A stretch of 32,000 nucleotides of DNA, taken from assembly GCF_013365455.1 (NCBI RefSeq), contig NZ_CP046578.1, forward strand, positions 60,001 through 92,000, given 5' to 3'. The notes below the pieces were generated by a model. That model did no database searches. It was given only the letters and a program-made list of their open reading frames with translations, and was not told the origin of the DNA. The number at the start of each line of letters is the position of its first letter. Position 1 is the stretch's first letter. Origin of the DNA: Wolbachia endosymbiont of Dirofilaria (Dirofilaria) immitis (GTDB lineage Bacteria > Pseudomonadota > Alphaproteobacteria > Rickettsiales > Anaplasmataceae). Below, one piece after another: positions 9,317-19,289 of this stretch. A program made the translations under genes and the position numbers.

Positions 9317-10645
9317 TTACCTTCTACTTTTTTTTAATCTTGCAGCAATACTTTCTCTGCCGATAAAAACTAACAACCTAGCAAGTTCCGGACCTGTTTT
9401 TTTACCTGTTAAAGCTAAACGTAGCTGCATAAATAGGTTTTTTGTTTTTGTGTCTACTGCCTGTCGAATAGCTTTGACCCACTCTGACAATGTACTTTCA
9501 TTACAATCACCTTGCGGTAATACATTGAGTGCAGTTTGTATGAGCTCCTTATCAAAAATCACAGGTTCTATATCAGATTTGCATATTTGCCACCACTTTT
9601 CTACCTCCGAAAACTTTTTTATATTATTTCTTATAAAGTACCAAAACTCCGGAGAGTTTACTCTGACTTGATTTAAACGCTCTTCCATTATTTTAAATGG
9701 CATCTGTTGCAGAACTTTGCTATTTAGCTTGTATACTTCGCCTAAATTAAATTGTGTAGATGCTGAACTAAATTTTTTAATGTCAAATGAGTCAACTAAA
9801 GATTGCATGTTAGCATGGGCCTTAATAGGGTCTAATGTTCCAAGCTTTGCTAAGTAGCTGGTAAGGGCAATTGGTTCAATTTCACCTTTCTTGATAAATC
9901 TGATGTCTAGTCCACCTTTTCGCTTTGATATCTTGCTATTATCAAAATGTAGCAGAGAAAGATGAGCAAATGTTGGGACTTTTGCTTTTAATGCTAGTAT
10001 CATTTGTATTTGTGCTGCAGTATTAGTTATATGATCTTCCCCACGTACAATATGGGTTATATTAAAGTCAATGTCATCGATGACAGAAGGTAGCATATAT
10101 GTATAAATCCCATCTTCTCTTCTTACTATAGGATCGCTGATATGACTAGTTGCAATATTTATTTTGCCTTTAACTTCATCGTTCCATTTAGTGACCTCAT
10201 TTCTATTCAACTTAAATCTAAAGTGTGGTTTTCGTTTTTCTCGCTCATAGCGAGCTTTGTCCTGCTCAGTTAGAATTAATGCACCTCTATCATAAATGGG
10301 AGAAAGTCCTTGTTTTAGCTGCAGTTTACGTTTGATGTTTAACTCTTCTTTTGTTTCATAGCATGCATAAATATATCCTTCTTTTACTAACTGCAAAAAC
10401 ACCTCATTATAGCGCTCGAAGCGCTCTGATTGCTTAAAGTTTAAATCCCAATCTATATTAATCCATTGCAAGTCTTGTATGATACTATTTATGTATTTAA
10501 TGTTTGAACGCTGAAAGTCAGTATCATCAAAACGGAGTAGAAACTTTCCGTTTTGACTGCGTGTATACATCCAGCAGATAAGTGCAGTGCGAACATTTCC
10601 TACATGAAGGTAGCCAGTTGGGCTTGGAGCGAATCTTGTTAACAT
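9317..10645 (-). CDS. gltX: Glutamyl-tRNA synthetase (short Rickettsiales-type GltX)
   Basis: 442-aa ORF. HIGH motif '[11 protein letters not shown]', KMSKS motif 'KISKRKG', class-I catalytic core throughout. Confidence 0.93.
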   Translation of the reverse strand: MLTRFAPSPTGYLHVGNVRTALICWMYTRSQNGKFLLRFDDTDFQRSNIKYINSIIQDLQWINIDWDLNFKQSERFERYNEVFLQLVKEGYIYACYETKEELNIKRKLQLKQGLSPIYDRGALILTEQDKARYEREKRKPHFRFKLNRNEVTKWNDEVKGKINIATSHISDPIVRREDGIYTYMLPSVIDDIDFNITHIVRGEDHITNTAAQIQMILALKAKVPTFAHLSLLHFDNSKISKRKGGLDIRFIKKGEIEPIALTSYLAKLGTLDPIKAHANMQSLVDSFDIKKFSSASTQFNLGEVYKLNSKVLQQMPFKIMEERLNQVRVNSPEFWYFIRNNIKKFSEVEKWWQICKSDIEPVIFDKELIQTALNVLPQGDCNESTLSEWVKAIRQAVDTKTKNLFMQLRLALTGKKTGPELARLLVFIGRESIAARLKKSRR

Positions 10646-11102
10646 TTATGTCTCTAGCTTTTTTTAATTTTATATAAATATATAGCTAAAGCAAGCAAAG
10701 CGATTTGGTTTTTTTGTAAGTGTTCTATTTACCAAAGATTCAAGTAGCTAATAGAAGTGAGATAAAAATTATTTAACAGACCTTACTGGTTCTCTTATCA
10801 CATATAATATATAATAGTAAAGGTATTCAATTATCTTCAACTTTGTATGGGGCAAATGATTGGATATTATATAGCTCGTGTCTTACATTTAATTTTTGTA
10901 CTGTGTGCGCTCTATGCCTTTATAGATTTTATCTAAACTTTTGAATCTTTGCTTATACAGACTGAAACACCCTTATCAGGTGTTAAGACTTTTTAAAAAA
11001 CGCCTATATAAAAATAGTGTTGCTAGAGTTTCTTTTTTTATTGGTAGATTTTTAAAGTGTTGAGGCAATTCTTATACAAGCATTTATTTTTACAATAGGA
11101 GG

Positions 11103-11217
11103 TAGATTTTAGTGCGTAACACTAAAATCTATATTTCTTTTTTTCTGGATTCTAGTGTTAGACTACTTGAATAGAATCTATGAGTCCTATTATCTAGATG
11201 CTTGACACTGGAACCTG
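11103..11217. repeat. Cluster of three palindromic-element units in the gltX/miaB divergent intergenic region
   Basis: H1 at 11103-11131 is 'tagattttagtg-cgtaa-cactaaaatcta', a perfect 12-bp stem followed by T-rich 'tatttcttttttt'. H2 at 11148-11178 is 'gattcta..gtgttagactacttgaa..tagaatc' with a 7-bp outer stem. H3 at 11191-11217 is 'tatctagatgcttgacactggaacctg'. H2 and H3 are inverted relative to each other and match the two halves of the ileS copy. Confidence 0.7.
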
Positions 11218-11395
11218 TTTTTTCATATAGTTTTACTATATGAAGTTTGCAGTGAAAATGATGTTGCGCAGGTAGCCAATATTTTTGAGGTTGAGTTTTC
11301 ATTATGTAACTAGTTGTTAATCCTTTGGTGTTACCTACTTAGATAATATCTGTTGTGGTATTTTAAGTAACAGTGCTTATGCTGCTGCACCTCAT

Positions 11396-12763
11396 ATGCC
11401 AGAGGTATATATGATGACTTGCAAGAAGTGTAAAATGAAGGGTTTATATATTAAAACTTATGGCTGTCAGATGAATGTTTACGACTCCATTTTAATGAAA
11501 AATATGATTAAGCCTTTGGGATTTGATATTGTAAGCGATGTGGAAAAGGCTGATTTAGTGATACTAAATACTTGTTATATTAGAGAAAAGGCAGCGGAAA
11601 AGCTTTATTCAGAGCTTGGAAGGATTCACTTGTTACAAAAGAGTAAAGAAATTATTATAGTGGTAGCCGGATGTGTAGCACAAGCAGAAGGAGAAGAGAT
11701 ATTTAGAAGAGCTCCGTTTATACATGCTGTTGTTGGTCCGCAGAGTATTGCTACTTTACCAGAGCTGATAGTTAAGATAAACAAAAATAAAGGGCATGTA
11801 ATAAGCACTGACTTTCCTGTGATTGCGAAGTTTGATAAATTACAGGATAAGTGCTACGGTAATAGCCAAGGATCTTCTGCATTTCTTTCTATACAAGAGG
11901 GTTGTGATAAGTTTTGTACGTTTTGTGTAGTACCTTATACTCGTGGAGCTGAATATTCACGACCAGTGGGTGAAATATTCCGTGAAGCATTAAAATTAGT
12001 TGCAAATGGAACAAAGGAAATCAATTTGCTCGGTCAAAATGTTAATGCTTATCGTGGGGAATGTGAAGGGAAAGTGTGGAATTTAGGAAAATTAATTAGT
12101 TATATCGCTAGAATTGAAAAGCTAGAAAGAATCCGCTATACGACTTCTCACCCAAGAGATATGCATGAATCTCTATACTTGGTGCATGCGGAAGAACCAA
12201 AACTCATGCCATTTATTCACCTGCCTGTGCAATCAGGTTCAAATAAAATATTGCGTGCAATGAATAGAAAATACACTGCAGAGGAGTATTTGGAAATAAC
12301 GAGTAAGTTTCGCAAATTGAAACCTGAAATTGAATTTTCTTCTGATTTTATTGTTGGTTTTCCTGGAGAAACTGAAAGAGATTTTGAGGAGACTATAAAG
12401 TTAGTAGAAGAAGTAAAGTATGCTCAGGCTTATGGTTTTAAATATAGTCCAAGACCAGGTACACCTGGGGCAGAAAAAAAAGATCAAGTGCCTGAAGAAA
12501 TTAAAACAGAACGTCTCCTTTGTTTACAGAAGTTAATTAATAAACAACAGCTTAAATTTAACCAGAGTATGATAGGTAAAACTATACCTGTTCTATTTAG
12601 TGGTAAAAAAGGTAAACGTCAAAACCAAATTATTGGTAAGAGCCCATATATGCAATCAGTGTGTGTTAGCGATCCTGAAGGTAAATATGGAAATAAAATA
12701 GTGAATGTGAAAATACTGGAAGCTTGGCAGAATAGTTTATTAGGAGTAAGTTTAAAGGATTAA
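11396..12763 (+). CDS. miaB: tRNA-i6A37 methylthiotransferase (radical SAM)
   Basis: 455-aa ORF. '[10 protein letters not shown]', 'NTCYIREKA', radical-SAM cluster '[15 protein letters not shown]', C-terminal TRAM-like region. The true start is probably the later Met at 11435 ('[14 protein letters not shown]'). Confidence 0.93.
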   Translation: MPEVYMMTCKKCKMKGLYIKTYGCQMNVYDSILMKNMIKPLGFDIVSDVEKADLVILNTCYIREKAAEKLYSELGRIHLLQKSKEIIIVVAGCVAQAEGEEIFRRAPFIHAVVGPQSIATLPELIVKINKNKGHVISTDFPVIAKFDKLQDKCYGNSQGSSAFLSIQEGCDKFCTFCVVPYTRGAEYSRPVGEIFREALKLVANGTKEINLLGQNVNAYRGECEGKVWNLGKLISYIARIEKLERIRYTTSHPRDMHESLYLVHAEEPKLMPFIHLPVQSGSNKILRAMNRKYTAEEYLEITSKFRKLKPEIEFSSDFIVGFPGETERDFEETIKLVEEVKYAQAYGFKYSPRPGTPGAEKKDQVPEEIKTERLLCLQKLINKQQLKFNQSMIGKTIPVLFSGKKGKRQNQIIGKSPYMQSVCVSDPEGKYGNKIVNVKILEAWQNSLLGVSLKD

Positions 12764-13224
12764 CTCTGTTGATCACCTGTCAAAAATTATTCTTTTGCTT
12801 AGAGAAAAGCGCCACTATGAAAACAAAAGAGGACTTTTCTCGTTTATCTCTGGTCAATTATTTTAAATTCTATAGTAACCATAATTCTTTATTATGTTAG
12901 TATGTAAAGCTTCATATAGTATACTTTTAGGTCTGCTAGTTATTCTTCTTTTGCGTTTATGATATATTGTCTAGTTTTTTCTAAGAATTATTGTTCTTAT
13001 AGAAATGTAAGTTCTAAGTTAGATTTTTATGATAATATTTTTATTATTGTTGCCTTTAGGCATAATTAGCTCCTTTATATTAAATAATGTATTTAATATA
13101 TTAATATCAGATATAGTGATATTAATATATATTAATAGATAAACTTTTATAGAGATAAGGTTTACATTTTTTTGGATTTGTAATTTTTTACGAAGCTCTA
13201 TACTCTTTAGCTTTATCAGTAAAA

Positions 13225-16200
13225 GTGAGCATGAAGCATTATCCTAGTACAATTAGCAACCCTGATTTTTCTTTGTTAGAAAATGAAGTAATAAAATTTG
13301 GGCAGGAAAATAAAATTTTCGAGCGTTCAGTTGAAGAACGTTCTAAAGATAATTGTTTCGTCTTTTATGATGGACCTCCATTTGCAAATGGACTTCCACA
13401 TTATGGGCATTTACTTACTGGTTTTATAAAAGATGCGTTTGCAAGGTATCAAACCATGTTACAAAAGAGGGTTGAACGTAGATTTGGTTGGGATTGCCAT
13501 GGACTGCCAGCTGAGATGGGTGCAGAAAAGGAACTTGGAATATCTGGTAGGACTGAGATAGAAAAATTTGGTATTGAAAAATTTAATAACCATTGCCGTG
13601 CTTCTGTAATGAGATTTTCATTGGAATGGAAAAAATATATAAATAGGCAAGCAAGGTGGGTAGATTTTCATGATAGCTATAAAACAATGGATAGATCATT
13701 TATGGAGTCGGTCATGTGGGCATTTAAGCAGCTTTATGATAGAGGTCTGGTATATGAATCGGTACGTGTTGTGCCGTACAGCTGGGCGTGCGAGACTCCA
13801 TTATCTAATTTTGAAACAAGGCTTGATAACTCTTATAGAGAAAGGACTAGCAAGGCTGTCACTGTTGCATTTGAGCTTTTGGAAAATCCACAGCAATTTA
13901 AGCAAAAATGTAAATTGCTTGCTTGGACTACAACTCCTTGGACTTTGCCAAGTAATTTAGCTTTAGCAATAGGGAAAGATATTGAATATTGTGCGGTGTT
14001 AGTTCACTCCTTGATGTCATTTCAACATGTGACTCTAGAATCTGCTTTCGGATTTCAGTGTCAAGGTGCTAGGATAACAGAGGACAATAAAAGAAATCAG
14101 GTAAGTGATGAGGTATATATCTTTGCTAAAAGCTACCTAGAAAAATTTATCGATTATTGCGAAAAGGACAATGTTACATATGAAAACTGTAACATAAGGC
14201 TTAAAGCAAATGATCTTATAGGTCTTTCTTATAAGCCACTGTTTGATTACTTTAAAGATACAAAAAATGCGTTCCGCATTTTTGCTGCTGATTATGTTGT
14301 AGGAGAAAATGGTACTGGCGTTGTACATACTGCTCCTGGATTTGGTGAGGAAGATTTTTACCTTTGCCAAGGTCATAATATTCCAGCTGTTTGTCCGATT
14401 GATAACAGTGGTAAATTTACTCTTGAAGTTTCAGATCTAGCCGGAGTGCATGTTTTTGATGCTGACGATATAATAATAAAGAAATTGAGAGAGCAAGGAA
14501 ACTGGTTTAAAACTGAGAAATATGTTCATAATTATCCGCACTGCTGGAGAACTGATACTCCTTTAATCTACCGTACTATGCCTTCTTGGTATGTTGCTGT
14601 GACAAAGTTTAAGGGAAGGATGTTGGAGTTGAATAGAAGAGTCAATTGGATACCAGATTATATAAGAGATGGTCAGTTCGGAAAATGGCTTGAAGGAGCA
14701 CATGATTGGTCAGTTTCACGCAATCGGTTTTGGGGTACACCAATTCCTGTGTGGAAATCGGATGATGTAAGGTATCCAAGAATAGATGTATATGGTTCAA
14801 TAGCAGAACTAGAACGAGATTTTAATGTTAAAGTAAATGATTTACACAGACCATTTATTGATTCTTTGACAAGGCTAAATCCTGATGATCCAACAGAAAA
14901 GTCAGTTATGCGCCGTGTACCCGACGTGTTTGACTGTTGGTTTGAGTCTGGTTCAATGCCGTTTGCACAAGTTCACTATCCATTTGAAAATAAGAAATGG
15001 TTTAAGGGTAATTTTCCTGCAGATTTTATCACTGAATATATAGCGCAAACAAGAGGGTGGTTCTATACACTTTTTGTATTATCTACTGCTTTATTTGACA
15101 GTGAACCATTTAGAAATTGTATATGCCACGGTGTAGTTTTGGATATGAAAGGTCATAAGTTATCTAAGCATTTGAGTAATTATGTAGATCCAATGGAGGT
15201 TTTTGATAAGTATGGTTCTGATGCTCTGCGCTTTTTTATGCTTTCTAGCCCTATTGTTTGTGGTGGTGATTTGTTACTTGATAAAGATGGGAACTCGATA
15301 CGAGATGTTTTAAGAAATGTGATAAAACCTATTTGGAGTAGTTATCACTTCTTTACTATGTATGCAAATGCAGATGAAATCAAGGCTGCAGTTTGTAAAG
15401 ATTATCAAAGTACTATTGATTGTTATATGGTCTCTAAATGTTTTGAAGCTATAGAAAGCATCCAGACTTTTATGAACAACTATAATTCTCAAGGAGCTTG
15501 CAAAGTTCTAATAGATTTTTTTGAAGTGCTGAATAACTGGTATATCCGTCGCAATCGTGGGCGTTTTTGGAGAAATGGTTTAGATCAGAATAAAATTGAT
15601 GCTTATAATGTTTTATACACGGTTTTTTATTATATATTAAGAGCCGCAGCTCCTTTATTGCCGCTTATAACAGAAGCTATATGGCAGGGACTTAAGTATA
15701 GGGAAACATCTGTTCATTTAGCTGATTTTCCACAATTAGAGAGGTATGATAGTAAATTTATTGCCAAAATGGATTTGGTGAGAGAAATGTGTAATGCTGC
15801 ACTCTCTGTTAGAAACACTTTTAATATACGTATTAGGCAGCCACTTGGCAGTATGGTAATTTATCATCAGTTTTTTTGTAATTTTCTTGAGAATGATTAT
15901 CAGGAGATGATAAAGGATGAGGTAAATATAAAAAGCTTGGAATTAGTTAACAAGCTTGAAGATATTGCGTCACTGGAGTTAAAGCTAAATTTTTCACTGC
16001 TTGGAAAAAAGATTCCGAGCAAAATCAAGAGGCTAGTTCAATATGTTAAAGGGAGAAAATGGAGACAGATTGAAGGTGGGCGAATATTTTTAGGAGATGA
16101 GTTAGAAAGCTATGTTATAGAAGAAGGTGAGTATGAACTATTATTAAAGGCAAATAGGGAGCATTCTGCTGTATTTGATAACAATAAAGGGGTTGTTGTC

Positions 16201-16485
16201 CTAAACATTGAACTAAATGATGAATTGATTCTAGAAGGACTTGCGCGAGATATTGTAAGGTTCATTCAGGAAACTAGGAAACAAGCTAATTTTCATATAT
16301 CTGATAGAATCAGAGTAATAATCAAAACAGAGGATGAGAAAATTGAAAAAGCGGTAAATGTGTGGGGTAAGTATATAAAAGAGCAGACTCTTGCCTTATC
16401 TTTAGAGGTTGGTGCAGAAATCAGAGCTGGCTTCTATTTTAAGAAATACCAAGATTTGATCATTGGTATTAGTTTAAATTATTAA
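13225..16485 (+). CDS. ileS: Isoleucyl-tRNA synthetase (type 2), carrying an in-frame palindromic-element insertion
   Basis: 1086-aa ORF. The track start is GTG at 13225; ATG at 13231 is likely. HIGH 'PHYGHLL', editing peptide 'WTTTPWTLPSN', KMSKS-region 'HKLSKHLSNYVDP', 'DCWFESGSMP'. Confidence 0.95.
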   Translation: MSMKHYPSTISNPDFSLLENEVIKFGQENKIFERSVEERSKDNCFVFYDGPPFANGLPHYGHLLTGFIKDAFARYQTMLQKRVERRFGWDCHGLPAEMGAEKELGISGRTEIEKFGIEKFNNHCRASVMRFSLEWKKYINRQARWVDFHDSYKTMDRSFMESVMWAFKQLYDRGLVYESVRVVPYSWACETPLSNFETRLDNSYRERTSKAVTVAFELLENPQQFKQKCKLLAWTTTPWTLPSNLALAIGKDIEYCAVLVHSLMSFQHVTLESAFGFQCQGARITEDNKRNQVSDEVYIFAKSYLEKFIDYCEKDNVTYENCNIRLKANDLIGLSYKPLFDYFKDTKNAFRIFAADYVVGENGTGVVHTAPGFGEEDFYLCQGHNIPAVCPIDNSGKFTLEVSDLAGVHVFDADDIIIKKLREQGNWFKTEKYVHNYPHCWRTDTPLIYRTMPSWYVAVTKFKGRMLELNRRVNWIPDYIRDGQFGKWLEGAHDWSVSRNRFWGTPIPVWKSDDVRYPRIDVYGSIAELERDFNVKVNDLHRPFIDSLTRLNPDDPTEKSVMRRVPDVFDCWFESGSMPFAQVHYPFENKKWFKGNFPADFITEYIAQTRGWFYTLFVLSTALFDSEPFRNCICHGVVLDMKGHKLSKHLSNYVDPMEVFDKYGSDALRFFMLSSPIVCGGDLLLDKDGNSIRDVLRNVIKPIWSSYHFFTMYANADEIKAAVCKDYQSTIDCYMVSKCFEAIESIQTFMNNYNSQGACKVLIDFFEVLNNWYIRRNRGRFWRNGLDQNKIDAYNVLYTVFYYILRAAAPLLPLITEAIWQGLKYRETSVHLADFPQLERYDSKFIAKMDLVREMCNAALSVRNTFNIRIRQPLGSMVIYHQFFCNFLENDYQEMIKDEVNIKSLELVNKLEDIASLELKLNFSLLGKKIPSKIKRLVQYVKGRKWRQIEGGRIFLGDELESYVIEEGEYELLLKANREHSAVFDNNKGVVVLNIELNDELILEGLARDIVRFIQETRKQANFHISDRIRVIIKTEDEKIEKAVNVWGKYIKEQTLALSLEVGAEIRAGFYFKKYQDLIIGISLNY
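14015..14080. repeat. ~66-nt imperfect palindromic element translated in frame within ileS
   Basis: 'tgtcatttcaacatgtgactctagaatc tgctttcg gatttcagtgtcaaggtgctaggataacag'. The reverse complement of the right half ('tatcctagcaccttgacactgaaatcc') matches intergenic 11191-11215 ('tatctagatgcttgacactggaacc'). Translated as 'MSFQHVTLESAFGFQCQGARIT'. Confidence 0.7.
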
Positions 16486-16544
16486 GTAGTTGAGAATTGT
16501 CATTGTTCATGCTACACTTAAGTTACTTCAAATGAGGTTACAAT

Positions 16545-19289
16545 ATGGATATAGCTGTTAAAGTTGGTAACTTAAGTAACGATGATGATGGTAGTTTGGG
16601 TAAAAAAGAGTCTGTTCTTACTTCGAAAGAGCAAGATGATTTGAGGAAAAGGGATGAGGTTGTTGATTTTAGTATCCCACTAAGTATATTTTATTATAAA
16701 GGTTATAACTCTGACTTTTTTACTTCCTGGTATAATGTATCAAGTAAAATCTTCAAAGAGATAAGCAGTGTTTGCCCGGAAAAACGGGTGTTAAATTTAG
16801 CTTTATCGGTTTTGATGCTTCCTTATGTTGCTTTTGTTGTATTAGGGTTAGTCATATGTAGTAGATTTAAAGCAGACGATAAAATACAGATCGGTTTTGA
16901 AGAGAATAAAGTGAAAAAAGGTGAAGTGAGTGAAAGTGTACCGAAAAGATTGGCATATGGTGTTCTTACTGCGATAGTGATTCTTGTTAACGTGGCTATG
17001 CTTGTAGTCTTAATTATCCCTGCAACACTTGCTTTAGCTACTTTTTGTCTTTTAAATAGGAAATTATCTAACTCTTTAATTGCTGCTCTTAGAATAAGTA
17101 TTGGGCTGTGTTATAATAAGCACCAAGATATTAGAGTATCTTTTCATGAAACAAGTTATGGGGCGGAAGTTCTTAATCCAAACATTATGTGGAATATGAA
17201 GATTAAGTTCCCGCCACAGTTTGAACAGTTGCTTAAAGATTTATGCGAAGATGGAAATGGTAAACTATCTATTATGCGAGATGTAGGGCATAGTACTATA
17301 CTAAAGCTATCAGCTAATGTTCGCTTAAAAAATGGTCTTGTACATTTGTATAGTGAAATTAGTAATGTGATTGCAAAGTCAATTCGAGAATTTGCAAGGG
17401 GTATTGAAAAACTGGTAAAACTAAGAAAGAATGATATCGTATACGATAGCCTAAAAAAGCTGTTGAATGAGTTTAGACTGAAGGTGATAGATAGTGTAGA
17501 TTCTAAGTTAGCAAGTCACTTAATACAGGACGCTTATAGAGTTGCCTTTATACAGGCAATTAAGGTTGCACAAAGGGAAAGAGAAAAAAGGGGGGGATTA
17601 GATATAGAAGAAAGACTGAAAGAGGTATTGGTAGAGCAAGAATTGAAAAGCCAGGGTAAGGAGTTACCGACTGAGAAAGAGATGATAATAAGGGATTTAA
17701 AAATATCAACCAACTTAAAAAGTGGTACACTTCCTTTGTTTAGAGCAAAATGGAAACAACGTGTGGTTGGAGGAGTAATTGGTGTTTACAGTGAAATATA
17801 TCCTCAGGAGACAAAAAAGGCTACCTCTGAGGCTAGAAATTTAATTGTAGAGTTAAAAGAAAAAGGAGGACGGAAATATCAGAACATAAAAGAGAAATTA
17901 GAGGTGATATATTTAAAGATACATAAAGCTTTGAAAAAAGATAGCAGTTCAGTGAGTAATAATCTAAGGAGGAAACTTGAGGATATTTTTGAATTTGAGC
18001 CTGCTAATCAATATGTTTATCGAGAGTTGGTAAAATCGAAAATAAGAAAGGCTGAAGTTATGTTAAGTCAATCGGATCTAGCAGTTGATGTAAAGCAGGG
18101 TCTGCTTGGTGAATTCTGTGATTTAAATATAAATGTGTGTTCTTATCATGAAGTAAACCTCTTGCTAGAGAAAATGTATTTAGAAATAATGAAATGTAAA
18201 ACTCAAAGTTTGTTTCAAGAGCAAGGAAAAAGTATAAGAGACATAGAAGATAATACTGGTGTATTCATGCTGTTTGATGGGGAGGATGAAGAATGCCTAG
18301 TAAATAGGATTGTTTCTTATCGAGAAGAAGTAGGAAAGTATTTAATGCAACCTGTGGAATTGAAGAAAGTAATAGAAAAGCAGAATAAGAATTTGGATAG
18401 TGAGAAAAATAGTAAAGAGAAGGAATCTTTAAGTATAGAGTTGATAGAGTTATGTTTGAAAAATAACCAGGAAATTTTGGAAACATTGGAACGATTAGGA
18501 TCAGAAAAAGAAGGGTTATTGATAAATGAGAAAACGGAAAATGATTACAGAGAAGAACTTACTTCTCGTGAAAAGATAAGATTTGCGGTAATAGAAGATG
18601 ATTTATTGAAGTTGTGTAAGCAAGAAACTTTTAATGAAAAAGAAATCAAGAAGTTATTAGAGAGAGCAGAACTTGAATGCTGTTTAGCAGAAAAATGTAT
18701 CGAATATCCTATGATTAAAACGAAAGATAATATCAAACATTTTTGTCAGGCTTTATTATCTCCTTTGATAGGTATTTTGATGGAAAATATAATAAGTAAT
18801 GTGCCAAAAAATATATCGAAAGATAATGAAAATAATTTATTAGGTCAGGGTTGGGGTTGGGTATATAGAAAAGTAATAAAGCCTGCGCAGGTTGCTCTGA
18901 ATTATAATAAGCTTGGATTATCAGCTATTGGAGATAAAAATAGTATAGAAGGAAAAGCATTAGATTCAGCTCATAATACTTATAAGGAGGTAGAGATGTT
19001 GCTTCAATATTTTGAATCAAGTTATGAGAAAGTAGGAACTTTAGTAGGTAATGTATTTTCTGATGATGGAGAAACATTTAAAAAGAATATATGGCCTCAA
19101 GTAAAAGAGCATTTGTGTAGTATGTGGAATAGATTTTTTAAGGATATTGAGTTCACACTGGTTAATGAAAGTGAAAATATCCCTCAAGAAACAGAAGAGA
19201 CAGTGAAAACTAAATTAAGTGAGCTTTATAATATAGGAATACGGCGACAAGCTCTACCTGGTAGCATAATACACTATCTTGCTAAGTAG
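16545..19289 (+). CDS. Large orphan membrane-anchored protein (N-terminal hydrophobic segments plus long helical, charged region)
   Basis: 914-aa ORF, 59 nt after ileS with no terminator in between. 'gagg' lies 7 nt before the ATG. Hydrophobic '[24 protein letters not shown]' and a 35-aa block '[35 protein letters not shown]' (nt ~16791-17057). The remaining ~740 aa are Lys/Glu-rich and helix-like, with no catalytic motif I recognise. The 3' end overlaps the alaS 3' end by 16 nt. Confidence 0.8.
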   Translation: MDIAVKVGNLSNDDDGSLGKKESVLTSKEQDDLRKRDEVVDFSIPLSIFYYKGYNSDFFTSWYNVSSKIFKEISSVCPEKRVLNLALSVLMLPYVAFVVLGLVICSRFKADDKIQIGFEENKVKKGEVSESVPKRLAYGVLTAIVILVNVAMLVVLIIPATLALATFCLLNRKLSNSLIAALRISIGLCYNKHQDIRVSFHETSYGAEVLNPNIMWNMKIKFPPQFEQLLKDLCEDGNGKLSIMRDVGHSTILKLSANVRLKNGLVHLYSEISNVIAKSIREFARGIEKLVKLRKNDIVYDSLKKLLNEFRLKVIDSVDSKLASHLIQDAYRVAFIQAIKVAQREREKRGGLDIEERLKEVLVEQELKSQGKELPTEKEMIIRDLKISTNLKSGTLPLFRAKWKQRVVGGVIGVYSEIYPQETKKATSEARNLIVELKEKGGRKYQNIKEKLEVIYLKIHKALKKDSSSVSNNLRRKLEDIFEFEPANQYVYRELVKSKIRKAEVMLSQSDLAVDVKQGLLGEFCDLNINVCSYHEVNLLLEKMYLEIMKCKTQSLFQEQGKSIRDIEDNTGVFMLFDGEDEECLVNRIVSYREEVGKYLMQPVELKKVIEKQNKNLDSEKNSKEKESLSIELIELCLKNNQEILETLERLGSEKEGLLINEKTENDYREELTSREKIRFAVIEDDLLKLCKQETFNEKEIKKLLERAELECCLAEKCIEYPMIKTKDNIKHFCQALLSPLIGILMENIISNVPKNISKDNENNLLGQGWGWVYRKVIKPAQVALNYNKLGLSAIGDKNSIEGKALDSAHNTYKEVEMLLQYFESSYEKVGTLVGNVFSDDGETFKKNIWPQVKEHLCSMWNRFFKDIEFTLVNESENIPQETEETVKTKLSELYNIGIRRQALPGSIIHYLAK

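Noticed and set aside
9285-9671. 128-aa plus-strand ORF overlapping the gltX 3' end
   Set aside because: It lies entirely antisense to conserved GltX coding sequence, apart from 32 nt. Its hydrophobic, low-complexity translation is typical of an AT-rich antisense frame.
15135-15190. IleS KMSKS-loop variant 'HKLSKHLSN' as a sign of functional decay
   Set aside because: Both lysines of the K-x-S-K core are present. I cannot recall the type-2 IleS consensus for this clade precisely enough to call it aberrant.
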